In this document: positions 25,479 through 34,530 of the stretch, one piece after another | Layout: each line of letters opens with the position of its first letter | How positions within the stretch are numbered: position 1 is the first letter of the stretch | DNA from: Candidatus Falkowbacteria bacterium | GTDB lineage: Bacteria > Patescibacteriota > Patescibacteriia > Patescibacteriales > GWE2-39-37 | NCBI GenBank assembly: GCA_013336275.1 | Contig: JAAXUA010000003.1 | Coordinates: forward strand, 66,698 to 130,697 | Direction: 5' to 3' | Length of the DNA: 64,000 nt | Notes under the pieces: model-generated | Databases searched by the model: none | Seen by the model: the letters and a program-made list of their open reading frames with translations, nothing else | Told to the model about the DNA's origin: nothing | Translations under genes and position numbers: made by a program

Positions 25479-26954
25479 TTATTTTTTACCGTTCAAAGTC
25501 AAAGCCTTCTTATACAACGCGATATATTTTTTTGCTGGCAACTCCCAGCTGTTCGATTCTTTCATGGCCCTCACGACCAAATTGCGCCACGAATCCTTGT
25601 GCCTATAATTTTCCAAGGCGCGCACCACTGTCGCGAATAAAGAAAATTGATTGAAGTTAGAAAAGCTGAATCCTGTGCCGCGACCTGTCCGTGGATTGAA
25701 ATTAGTAACGGTGTCGTGCAGTCCGCCAACGCGCCGGACGACCGGTATGCAGCCATAGCGCATAGCGATGAGCTGATTGATGCCGCAAGGCTCGTGATGC
25801 GAAGGCAACAGAAAGATATCAGAGGCTGCGTAAACCATCGTCTCCAACTGCTTGTTGCCGGTAAAGGGGATCCAGACCAGTTTTTTCGGGTGCTTCTTCT
25901 GTTGTTTCTTTAATTCGCTGATATACCGCTTGTCACCGTCACCCATGATGACTATCTGGACGTCTAGGCCAGTGAGCGGCTCCAGCAAAGGCAGGACCAA
26001 TTCGAAACCCTTCTGGAAAGTAACGCGTGACGTCAAGCTGATAATGGGCACTTCGCGATCAACCGGCAAGCCCAATCTTTTCTGCAGATTTTCCTTGTTC
26101 AATTTCTTACGATGGATCTTGCGATAATCGTAATTCTTGAAAAGATATTTATCATTGGATGGATTATAAGTGCGATAGTCTATGCCGTTGATTATCCCGA
26201 AAAGGCGGTCGTGGCGATGGCGCAGAATGCGGTGCAGGTCCTGTCCGAAACGGCTAGTCATGATTTCTTCCCGATACTGCTCACTGACCGTGTTGATCAC
26301 GTCTGCCGACAAGATGCCTCTTTTGGCAAAATTTATATATTCGAAATCAGGATTGTGGACATCCGGCAAAGCTTTCTTGCCATAGTCCTTTTTGGGCAGG
26401 GGAATTTCCCACCAGTTTCTGCCTAGCTGGAATACCAGATTATGAATAGTGTAAACCGTCTTTGCTTTGCTCAGCACCTTGGAATACCTGAAGTCGTTCT
26501 TAAGCAAGAAAGGTATCAACCCCGTCTGCCAATCATGGCAGTGGATGATGTCGGCCTCAAAGCGGATCAAAGAAATCAGCTTGAGGGCGGCGGCGTCGAA
26601 GACCATGAATCTGGCATTCTCATGATCGGAGCCGTAAAGAGCCTTGCGCTGGGAAAAGTATTTTTTCTGCTCGACAAAATAAACAGGCAAGCCCCTCATG
26701 AGGTAGGCCTGCCAATAGTTGACCAGCACATATTCAGCCGAGTTTAGATAAACCTTGACGTCACTATGGATAAGCCTTAGCCCATTCTCCTTTGCGTCTA
26801 TGGCCTTAGCGTAATACGGCATGATGATGATGACGTCGTGCCCTAGACGCTTCAAGGCCTTGGGCAAGCTGCGCGCGACATCAGCCAAGCCGCCCGTTTT
26901 GGCAAACGGAGCAACCTCGCTTGAAATGCTGACGATCTTCATTTTTTTTGTCAT
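25479..26954 (-). CDS. glgA: Glycogen/starch synthase (GT5), paralog 2
   Basis: KTGGLADV, HCHDWQTG and PCGINQLIAMRYG motifs. It overlaps the ruvC stop by 4 nt. Confidence 0.85.
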   Translation of the reverse strand: MTKKMKIVSISSEVAPFAKTGGLADVARSLPKALKRLGHDVIIIMPYYAKAIDAKENGLRLIHSDVKVYLNSAEYVLVNYWQAYLMRGLPVYFVEQKKYFSQRKALYGSDHENARFMVFDAAALKLISLIRFEADIIHCHDWQTGLIPFLLKNDFRYSKVLSKAKTVYTIHNLVFQLGRNWWEIPLPKKDYGKKALPDVHNPDFEYINFAKRGILSADVINTVSEQYREEIMTSRFGQDLHRILRHRHDRLFGIINGIDYRTYNPSNDKYLFKNYDYRKIHRKKLNKENLQKRLGLPVDREVPIISLTSRVTFQKGFELVLPLLEPLTGLDVQIVIMGDGDKRYISELKKQQKKHPKKLVWIPFTGNKQLETMVYAASDIFLLPSHHEPCGINQLIAMRYGCIPVVRRVGGLHDTVTNFNPRTGRGTGFSFSNFNQFSLFATVVRALENYRHKDSWRNLVVRAMKESNSWELPAKKYIALYKKALTLNGKK

Positions 26955-27451
26955 ATGGTCTTTTGCAATTTCTCATTGGCCGCGCAAATGGCTATCGCCA
27001 AGGCGTCGGCGGCATCATCCGGCCGTGGCAGTTCCTCCAACCGAAGCAACAGCTTCACCATTCTTTGGACTTGCGCTTTATCAGCCTTGCCATAAGTCGA
27101 TACGGCCTGCTTCACCTGCAACGGCGTAAACTCGTAAGTCGGGATGCTTGCTTGGCTAAGAGCCAAAAGCGCAACGCCCCGCGCCTGGCCGACAACAATA
27201 GCGGTCTTGGCATTGTTGCAAAAAAACAACTGCTCGATAGCTGCGATATCGGGCTGATATGCCTTTATCACTTGCGCGAGCTGGTGATGAAGCTGGACGA
27301 GCCTGGTGCTCAATGGTTCGGAGGACTTGGTTCGCAATGATTCGTAATGAAGGCAAGAGATGTTGCCGTTTCCGGCATCAATAATACCAATGCCCGTGTC
27401 GGCAATTCCCGGATCTATGCCGAGAATTATTTTTTTCTGGATTGCTACCAC
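26951..27451 (-). CDS. ruvC: Crossover junction endodeoxyribonuclease RuvC
   Basis: ILGIDPG..TG start, catalytic acidic residues, and a C-terminal DAADALAIA motif. Confidence 0.92.
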   Translation of the reverse strand: MVAIQKKIILGIDPGIADTGIGIIDAGNGNISCLHYESLRTKSSEPLSTRLVQLHHQLAQVIKAYQPDIAAIEQLFFCNNAKTAIVVGQARGVALLALSQASIPTYEFTPLQVKQAVSTYGKADKAQVQRMVKLLLRLEELPRPDDAADALAIAICAANEKLQKTI

Positions 27452-27470
27452 TTATTTTAAGGCGCCCGTA

Positions 27471-28193
27471 TTAAAAGTTGCTTAAGTTGTGATAATAATC
27501 TGCCACATCATCATTATCCTCCAAATCCTCGATAAACTTCTCGATCGCCGGCAGGTCCTCATCGTCAAGCTCTTGCGCCTCTTTCGGTACGTATTCGATT
27601 TGGGCCGAATCGGCGCCAATTTTTTCAGCGTCCAGCCACTCCTTCATTTTCTGCAAATCTGGCACGGATACGATTATGGTCATGCCTTCGTCGGCCTTTA
27701 TGATATCTTCTGCCCCGGCATCGATCAATCGAAGCTCAAGCTCATCCCAGTCGCGGTCACCGATCTTTTCCTCGCTGACTCGCAAAACTCCTTTCTGGCC
27801 GAAGTTCCAGGCCACTGTCCCCATGGAGCCGCCATGCTTGGAAAAGATATGCCTCATCTCCGAGGCGGTGCGGTTCTTGCTATTGGTCAGGCACTTGACG
27901 ATAAACTGGACGCGGGCCGGCCCGACTCCTTCGTAATACAGCTCTTCGATGCTTTCGCCGGCCAGCTCGCCCGTGCCTCGTTTGACCGCTCGCTCGATGT
28001 TGTCTTTTGGCATGTTGGCCTCGCGCGCCTTATCAATAGCAACGCGCAAAGCAAAATTGGTTATAGGATCGCCGCCCTTATCCCTGGCAGCAATCGTGAT
28101 CAGATTGGCCGCTTTGGTAAAAATAGAGCTGCGCTTGGCATCGGTCACTGCCTTTTGCCGCTTAGTAGTCGCCCACTTGCTGTGTCCTGACAT
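27471..28193 (-). CDS. yebC: YebC/PmpR family DNA-binding regulator
   Basis: MSGHSKWATTKRQKA start and the full-length family pattern. Confidence 0.95.
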   Translation of the reverse strand: MSGHSKWATTKRQKAVTDAKRSSIFTKAANLITIAARDKGGDPITNFALRVAIDKAREANMPKDNIERAVKRGTGELAGESIEELYYEGVGPARVQFIVKCLTNSKNRTASEMRHIFSKHGGSMGTVAWNFGQKGVLRVSEEKIGDRDWDELELRLIDAGAEDIIKADEGMTIIVSVPDLQKMKEWLDAEKIGADSAQIEYVPKEAQELDDEDLPAIEKFIEDLEDNDDVADYYHNLSNF

Positions 28194-28356
28194 ATTTGTT
28201 CTCGTTTAGTGTGATAAAAATAAAGCAGGCAAATGGCCTGATTATTCTTTATTGTACCACATAAACAAGCAAAAATCAAGGTTGATTTGCCGTAAACTAT
28301 GTTTCATTCCAGCCACAAATGATATAATTATTCCATATTAATATTTAAACAAGACT

Positions 28357-29430
28357 ATGCTTGACGACTTAAACCGCATAAAAAAATTCGATACCGGCAA
28401 GGTCGGGGAATCCATCAGCTCACTACCGCTGCAAATGGCCCAAGTTCTAAAGGAATCCAAGACCATCAAGGTTCCAGCCGAGTACAAAAAAATTAACCAA
28501 GTGGTAATCAAGGGGATGGGCGGCTCGAATCTCGGAGCGCACATCATCATGCATGCCATGGCCGACCAGATCAAGGTGCCGTTCAGCATTTCTCCGGACT
28601 ACATCCTGCCCGCGCACGTAAACAATAAAACCTTATTGGTTCTGTCATCGTATTCCGGCACCACCGAAGAGGTTCTCAGTGTTTACGCCGAGGCAAAAAA
28701 AAGGCAGGCCAAGATCGTGGCCATTGTTTCAAGCGGCAAAAGCCCGCTGGAAAAAATTGTTAAGCGCGACAAGCTCCCAGCCTATATTTTCATGCCTGAG
28801 GCTAATCCATCGAACCAGCCAAGGCTTGGCCTCGGTTATTCGATCCTGGGGATCGCCAGCTTGTTGTCAGCTGCAGGCCTGTTCAAGATCGACCAGGCAG
28901 AACTAAGTAAGACAATCGAACTTCTTAAAGACTGGGATAAACGTCTCAACCCTCAATCTCCTGCTAAAAGCAACGAGGCCAAAAGATTGGCGCTCGGCTG
29001 CTTCAAAAAACAGCCGATTTTGGTAGGTGCGGAGTTCTTGACTGGCAATCTGCACGCCATGCGCAATCAGATTTGCGAAAACAGCAAGAATTTTGCCTCA
29101 TACCTCCCACTCCCCGACTTGAACCATTTTGCCATGGAAGGCCTGGCCAACCCAACAACAAACCCAGGAGACCTCGCCTTCATTTTTTTCAATTCATCCT
29201 TATACTCGCCCCGAATCCAAAAACGTGCCAGGCTTACCAATGAGGTTGTAAAGAAAAATAAGATTGCGACCATGGAATACCTTATGAAAGGCGAGACTAA
29301 GCTAGAGCAAGCGTTTGAGCTATTGCAGTTAGGTGCCTGGTTCAGTCTCTACCTTGGCATACTCAACCAAGTCAATCCGGTAGAAATAAAATGGGTTGAC
29401 TGGTTTAAGCAAAAATTAGCAGAAAATTAA
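28357..29430 (+). CDS. SIS-domain bifunctional phosphoglucose/phosphomannose isomerase (archaeal-type PGI/PMI)
   Basis: GMGGSNLGAHII and SYSGTTEE motifs with a two-SIS-lobe architecture. Confidence 0.75.
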   Translation: MLDDLNRIKKFDTGKVGESISSLPLQMAQVLKESKTIKVPAEYKKINQVVIKGMGGSNLGAHIIMHAMADQIKVPFSISPDYILPAHVNNKTLLVLSSYSGTTEEVLSVYAEAKKRQAKIVAIVSSGKSPLEKIVKRDKLPAYIFMPEANPSNQPRLGLGYSILGIASLLSAAGLFKIDQAELSKTIELLKDWDKRLNPQSPAKSNEAKRLALGCFKKQPILVGAEFLTGNLHAMRNQICENSKNFASYLPLPDLNHFAMEGLANPTTNPGDLAFIFFNSSLYSPRIQKRARLTNEVVKKNKIATMEYLMKGETKLEQAFELLQLGAWFSLYLGILNQVNPVEIKWVDWFKQKLAEN

Positions 29431-29440
29431 ACCTATTTTT

Positions 29441-29475
29441 ACCAAAAACACCCCGCTGCGTGGGGTGTTTTTGGT
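29441..29475 (+). terminator. Terminator hairpin after PGI/PMI (ACCAAAAACACCCC / GGGGTGTTTTTGGT)
   Basis: A perfect 14-bp stem with a 7-nt loop. The arms are nearly identical to those of the hairpin at 903-936. Confidence 0.7.
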
Positions 29476-29553
29476 TTATTGACAATATTATGCATTTGTT
29501 TTATATTGTTAACAGTCAAAAACGCCCTTCACGGGGATTTTTTATTTAATCGA

Positions 29554-29628
29554 GGCGCTATCGTCTAGTGGTTAGGACACCAGGTTTTCATCCTGGTAAC
29601 CGGGGTTCGATTCCCCGTAGCGCTACCA
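29554..29628 (+). tRNA. tRNA-Glu (anticodon UUC), 3' CCA encoded
   Basis: Hand-folded cloverleaf. Acceptor GGCGCTA/TAGCGCT, anticodon arm CCAGG-TTTTCAT-CCTGG, T arm CGGGG-TTCGATT-CCCCG, then A-CCA. Confidence 0.9.
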
Positions 29629-29670
29629 TCAATGATTTAGCCGGGCTGACGCTCGGCTTAAATTATATTT

Positions 29671-30705
29671 ATGAGAATACTCGCCCTAGAATCTAGTTGT
29701 GATGACACCTCGGCGGCTGTAGTCGAATCTGACCACGGCTTGATTTCAGTCATTTCAAATGTAGTAAGCTCGCAAATTTCCCTTCATGAAAAGTTCGGCG
29801 GCGTCGTGCCCGAGTTAGCGGCCAGAGAACATGTTAGCAATATCCTGCCGGTAATAAACTCCGCACTGAAACAGGCCAATATTGCTCCAGACCAAATAAA
29901 GCACAACATTGATGCGATCGCTGTAACCTCGGGCCCGGGGCTGGTCACTTCCCTTATGGTCGGCGTCGAAACCGCCAAGGCTCTAGCGCATACGCTAGAC
30001 CTTCCACTGATTGGCATAAACCATATCGAAGGGCACATCCACGCCAACTTCATCGGCAACAACAAGGTAGTGCTTCCGGCTATTATTCTAACTGTTTCAG
30101 GCGGCCACACCAACCTTGTTAGTATGGATAAAGAAAAAAATTTGGTGATCGTCGGCCAGACTCGTGACGACGCTGCGGGAGAAGCCTTCGATAAAGCGGC
30201 CCAGCTAATGGGCTTAGGCTACCCAGGCGGCCCTATTGTTTCCAGGCTGGCCTCCGAACACTCGAGCTCTGGCGGGCAACAACACACGATTGACCTGCCT
30301 CGACCGATGATTGGCAGTCATGACCTTGATTTTTCCTTTTCCGGCTTAAAAACCGCTTTGCTCTACGCCCTAAAAAACGATCACGAATGGAAGCAAAAGA
30401 TTCCTGCATATTGCCATTCATTCGAGTCGGCCGTCGTCGATGTTTTGGTCTCGAAAACCATGTCCGCCGCTGAGAAATTCCATGTCAAAACCATCTTGCT
30501 GGCTGGCGGCGTTTCAGCGAACCAGAAACTGCGCTCGGTCCTGCAGTCATCGGCTGAAAGCAAAGGTTTTTTATTTTCCGCCCCAGAACTTACATATACT
30601 TCAGATAATGCCGCCATGATAGGGGCGGCGGCCTGCCATAAACTTTCCACTCTTCGGCTTGCAGACGCCTCGTTGCTTAAGGCCAGCCCTAACCAAGAAC
30701 TATAA
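29671..30705 (+). CDS. tsaD: tRNA N6-adenosine threonylcarbamoyltransferase TsaD
   Basis: ILALESSCDDTSAAVV start, HIEGHI metal motif and GGVSAN. Confidence 0.95.
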   Translation: MRILALESSCDDTSAAVVESDHGLISVISNVVSSQISLHEKFGGVVPELAAREHVSNILPVINSALKQANIAPDQIKHNIDAIAVTSGPGLVTSLMVGVETAKALAHTLDLPLIGINHIEGHIHANFIGNNKVVLPAIILTVSGGHTNLVSMDKEKNLVIVGQTRDDAAGEAFDKAAQLMGLGYPGGPIVSRLASEHSSSGGQQHTIDLPRPMIGSHDLDFSFSGLKTALLYALKNDHEWKQKIPAYCHSFESAVVDVLVSKTMSAAEKFHVKTILLAGGVSANQKLRSVLQSSAESKGFLFSAPELTYTSDNAAMIGAAACHKLSTLRLADASLLKASPNQEL

Positions 30706-30715
30706 CTACAACAAT

Positions 30716-30748
30716 AAAAAACGCCCCGCATAAAGCGGGGCGTTTTTT
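30716..30748. terminator. Bidirectional terminator between tsaD and the convergent YibE/F gene
   Basis: ACGCCCCGC-ATAAA-GCGGGGCGT flanked by A and T runs. Confidence 0.75.
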
Positions 30749-30757
30749 ATTATAAAC

Positions 30758-31888
30758 TCAAGCTCTTTTAACCCACCAAGCTGCCAGAAAAGTCGAAACC
30801 GGCACCGAAAGCACCAGGCCGACGCTGCCGGCCATGGTCCTGACTATCTCGGTTGCGATCAGCTCATTGTTCAAAGCCTGTCCCCAACCGACAAAGCCGC
30901 TCTGACCGCTGCCGAACAAAACCAGCAACGAAAGCGACGCACCGGCATATGCCAAAAACAAAGTATTGGTCATGGAGCTGATATGCGAAATACCGACGCT
31001 ATAAGTCCGCTTGAATATCTCCGTTCGGCTCAGATGGCTGTCTGTTTTATGGATTTCCATGGCGGTGGCGACTTGGGAAATAACTATATCATCCAGCACG
31101 CCGAGCGCGCCTATTATAATCCCGGCCATCAACAGCCCCTGAAAATTAATCGCTCCAGTCCCGACTCCGATCAAAAAGCTGCTTTCCTCGCTCGCCAAGC
31201 CGGACAATCTGGCCAAGTCCACAAATAGCCAAGACAGGGCGACGGTAATCAACAGACTGATAAATATGCTGACTACGCTTAGGTGAGAAAGCTTATTAAA
31301 CCCCTCTGTCATATATATGATGAGCATCAGTATCACGAAAGAGCCTATTACTGTGACGGTTATCGGATCGGCGCCACCGATAATTTGCGGCACGATATAT
31401 TTCATTATGACAACAAAGCTCAAGGTTAGCGACATGACCGAACGAACGCCCTTCCACCCCCCGACTGCTACCAGGCTCAGCAAGAATATAATACTAAGAA
31501 ACAACAGACTTCCAGTGCGGACGTAATCCGTCACATAATAAGTTACTTGACCCTGGTCATCGGAAGATGCGACCACCAAAACCTTGTCGCCTTGCTGATA
31601 AATATTTTTCTTAATCACGTCAACATCCCCGATGCCATAGTAGTTCACGACCCTGTCCTTAAATTCGCCCTCCAGGCCCTTGAGCCTCAGGTTCTGTTGT
31701 TCGACCTGCGCCCCGTCCGGCAAGGTCCTCAGCTGCTGTTCCGTTACTTCAAGCACGATTCCCTTAAAAGTCGTGTCGTCGGCTGTTTTCTCTTGCGCCG
31801 ACACGAAAAAAAACGGCAGCGCCAAGCTGCCGCAAATTACGACGAAAAGCAATAAGACTTTTTTTAGTACCATTGGATTAGCAGCCAT
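30758..31888 (-). CDS. YibE/F family membrane protein
   Basis: N-terminal extracytoplasmic domain plus a polytopic core with the family-typical GALGVLDDIVISQVATAMEI segment. Confidence 0.7.
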   Translation of the reverse strand: MAANPMVLKKVLLLFVVICGSLALPFFFVSAQEKTADDTTFKGIVLEVTEQQLRTLPDGAQVEQQNLRLKGLEGEFKDRVVNYYGIGDVDVIKKNIYQQGDKVLVVASSDDQGQVTYYVTDYVRTGSLLFLSIIFLLSLVAVGGWKGVRSVMSLTLSFVVIMKYIVPQIIGGADPITVTVIGSFVILMLIIYMTEGFNKLSHLSVVSIFISLLITVALSWLFVDLARLSGLASEESSFLIGVGTGAINFQGLLMAGIIIGALGVLDDIVISQVATAMEIHKTDSHLSRTEIFKRTYSVGISHISSMTNTLFLAYAGASLSLLVLFGSGQSGFVGWGQALNNELIATEIVRTMAGSVGLVLSVPVSTFLAAWWVKRA

Positions 31889-33063
31889 AGGCCTAAGAGA
31901 ATCATTATTATCCCGCCGAAAAGATTAGACCATTTAGTCACGCGCGAGCTGATGGCAGTGAGGCGCATAGAAAAAAAGGCGATCAGAAAAACAACGAGCT
32001 GGGGAAGCACATAAAAAAACACATACAAGAGCAGGTAAGAATAATACTGCCACTGAGGCAAGCCGGCTTGAGTCAAAACCGGTACATAAACAGCCGGTAA
32101 GCCGGCGCTGCAAAGCAGCTCGATAAGGTTTATTACCGAGGCCAAAGAAACCACGCCCACGAATGCTATCAGCAAGGAGTTGTGCTGTGCCACTTGACGA
32201 AGTCGCTGCATAATCGCTTGCCGCTTCGGCGCATCTTTGATTTCACAACCGCCTTTTCGATTGCGCCAATATTCTCGCAAATTATATGCACCAGCAATAA
32301 TCGCCACGGCGATTATTGCGACTTTGAGCCATCCCAGCAATCCGATAAGCTGATAAACATTGAGCCACGCCGACAGAAATAAAAAATAAGTAAGCGCCGA
32401 TGCCGTGACAAAGCCTCCTCCCAAAACCAGCATACGGTTGCGATCCCCCCCGACCAAAAGCAAGCTTAGCAGGAATAGCAGCACCCACATCGCGCAAGGA
32501 TTAAGACTATCCAACAACCCGATAACTGCTGTCAAGACGGGTAAGGATAGTTTTTTGATATCGATCTCACCGAAAAAACCCTGTATTTTTGATTCTTGCG
32601 CGCCGTTATTATCATCAACCTTGACTGGGTCCTCATCATTCGCGCTAGCATTGTCCAACAATTTTCCAACTACGTCGATTTGGGGTCCGACGCTTACCTC
32701 CTTAATCAACGAACTTATCTTAACCCCCGTCGTTTCCGTCTCATCAAAACCGACGACCGCCTTGCTGCCGATAATGGTGACTGGCACGCCGCCAAAATTT
32801 AAATCCAGCTGCTTAGCGACCTTTGCAAGCAAGGCCTGATTGTCTTTGTTTTTCCAAATTTCGTAACGGTAAATCTTCAAAGTGCTATCGGTCTTTTCCA
32901 GATAATCCAAAAACTTCTCCTCTTTGGCACAGTGAGGACAACCATCACCGTAAAAAAAATAAACATTAACCCCGGCAGCACTCGCAGGAAAAACCAAAGC
33001 AAGCGAAAAAATCACTATTCCTACAATCGACATCAACCGCTTAAGAATGTTTAATCTATTCAT
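31864..33063 (-). CDS. Membrane thiol:disulfide oxidoreductase: thioredoxin/glutaredoxin-fold domain (CPHC) fused to a Cys-containing polytopic membrane domain
   Basis: Signal/anchor, YGDGCPHCAKEE, then a 6-TM region with LNPCAMWVL and LLCSAGLP motifs reminiscent of CcdA/DsbD-type transmembrane reductant conduits. Confidence 0.6.
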   Translation of the reverse strand: MNRLNILKRLMSIVGIVIFSLALVFPASAAGVNVYFFYGDGCPHCAKEEKFLDYLEKTDSTLKIYRYEIWKNKDNQALLAKVAKQLDLNFGGVPVTIIGSKAVVGFDETETTGVKISSLIKEVSVGPQIDVVGKLLDNASANDEDPVKVDDNNGAQESKIQGFFGEIDIKKLSLPVLTAVIGLLDSLNPCAMWVLLFLLSLLLVGGDRNRMLVLGGGFVTASALTYFLFLSAWLNVYQLIGLLGWLKVAIIAVAIIAGAYNLREYWRNRKGGCEIKDAPKRQAIMQRLRQVAQHNSLLIAFVGVVSLASVINLIELLCSAGLPAVYVPVLTQAGLPQWQYYSYLLLYVFFYVLPQLVVFLIAFFSMRLTAISSRVTKWSNLFGGIIMILLGLWLLIQWY

Positions 33064-33109
33064 ATATAAAAATTATCCTATCATAAAACCATCAATAATC
33101 CAACCAGGC

Positions 33110-33484
33110 CTAGGAAATATCTTTGTAGTGCCGAATCTTCACCGTTCTTTTCTTGCGATCAGCATCGATCGCTATGAAATCAATTCTTATGGCCTCGAAT
33201 TTCGGTTTATGCCTAAGGACGTAGCTTATGGCGGCTTGCTTCAGGTTGAGAATTTTTTTCTCACCGATCATGTCTATGGCGGCGCCCAGACTGTCTCCGA
33301 TTCGAGTTTTAACCTCAACGAAAACTAAGATTTTTTCCTGCCAACAGACCAGATCAACTTCTTTGAAGCTGGCCCGAACATTATTAGCGATAATCGTATA
33401 CCCGCGCTTTCGCAGAAAGTTTCCAGCCAAAGCTTCACCCCAGCCTCCGACCGCTTTATTATATGAGTCCTCCATGTGTGCCAA
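33110..33484 (-). CDS. yraN: YraN family (UPF0102) endonuclease-like protein
   Basis: GE..A..FL...GY.I...N.R....E.DLV and VFVEVKTR pattern. Confidence 0.85.
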   Translation of the reverse strand: MAHMEDSYNKAVGGWGEALAGNFLRKRGYTIIANNVRASFKEVDLVCWQEKILVFVEVKTRIGDSLGAAIDMIGEKKILNLKQAAISYVLRHKPKFEAIRIDFIAIDADRKKRTVKIRHYKDIS

Positions 33485-33511
33485 AACAGCCTCTTTTTGA
33501 GGCTGTTTTGA

Positions 33512-33901
33512 TTAAGGTATATATTTCTTCAATTTTTTGTCTTCCGCTATCTGGCTTCTTATCTGTGGCATCTTCTGGATATCTCTTACAATCAGCCTCG
33601 CCCAGGCGACCATCGAAATGAGCCATATCAGCAGCCAAAGCCGCATAGACAAGATGGGCACCGCTTCATATTCGAAAAACAGCAGCAGTAAATTAATAGC
33701 TAAGTTGGTGAAGCCGAAAGACATGATCCTTCCATAAATCTTGCGGTACAAACCCTTTGGGTTCTGCTTGCGCCACCGCCAGGCATAAAAACCGATTGCT
33801 GCCAGCAAGGCCGCAAACACCAGCATTCCCGCCTGCGCCTGCGCAGTCAGGTCACCCGGTCTAGTACTGAACCAAAACTTCAAAGTCAAAAGATTTTTCA
33901 T
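33512..33901 (-). CDS. Hypothetical 4-TM membrane protein
   Basis: The ORF has four hydrophobic helices and sits 5 nt from the upstream gene. No diagnostic motif was found. Confidence 0.4.
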   Translation of the reverse strand: MKNLLTLKFWFSTRPGDLTAQAQAGMLVFAALLAAIGFYAWRWRKQNPKGLYRKIYGRIMSFGFTNLAINLLLLFFEYEAVPILSMRLWLLIWLISMVAWARLIVRDIQKMPQIRSQIAEDKKLKKYIP

Positions 33902-33906
33902 TTTTT

Positions 33907-34461
33907 CTACGCTTTAGTAAATACGATGCCGTAATGATATTCCCCGGCTTGGAATTCCTCCTCGACAACTAATCCTAATTTTTTTGCGGCCGTATGAAGC
34001 AGCTCCTCGTTTACCCGTTCCTCGACTGGCGGGCCAAGCGGCGAGCTGATGCTTTTCCATTCGACGACCAAAAGCCTGCTGTCCTTCTTCAGCATTCGAA
34101 TCGCCTCTCGCAAGATTTCTGCCCGATGCTGTGATTGGTATAATACATTAACTAAAAGTGCTGCGTCAAGCGAACCTGCCTCAATTTTTGTAGCATTAAA
34201 AATCTCCAAATTACTCCAAATCGTTTCAACATTGGGATAATTTTCTTGTTTCGCCCGCCGGGCGACCCTTTCCAGTACTGTTTTAAGAATATCAACCGCA
34301 TACACTCTTCCCTTCTTGCCGACCAGGTCAGCGACAGGAAACACGAAGTGTCCCGATGCGCCGCAACCAAGATTCGCGACCACCATCCGGTCGCCTATTT
34401 TTGTCTTTTTCAATATCAGATTAACATCCAATAAAACGCTTCCGCCTACGCCTGGTATCAT
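33907..34461 (-). CDS. Class I SAM-dependent methyltransferase
   Basis: Motif I VANLGCGASGHF with Rossmann-fold spacing. Confidence 0.7.
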   Translation of the reverse strand: MIPGVGGSVLLDVNLILKKTKIGDRMVVANLGCGASGHFVFPVADLVGKKGRVYAVDILKTVLERVARRAKQENYPNVETIWSNLEIFNATKIEAGSLDAALLVNVLYQSQHRAEILREAIRMLKKDSRLLVVEWKSISSPLGPPVEERVNEELLHTAAKKLGLVVEEEFQAGEYHYGIVFTKA

Positions 34462-34530
34462 ATTTTTATAATTATTGTTTTGTACTAATTATAAATAATT
34501 TTCCGGCTATTAACAAGCAAAACACTTATT

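Noticed and set aside
27489-28190. 233-aa ORF on the plus strand
   Set aside because: It is antisense to the full-length, highly conserved yebC gene, so it is a shadow ORF.
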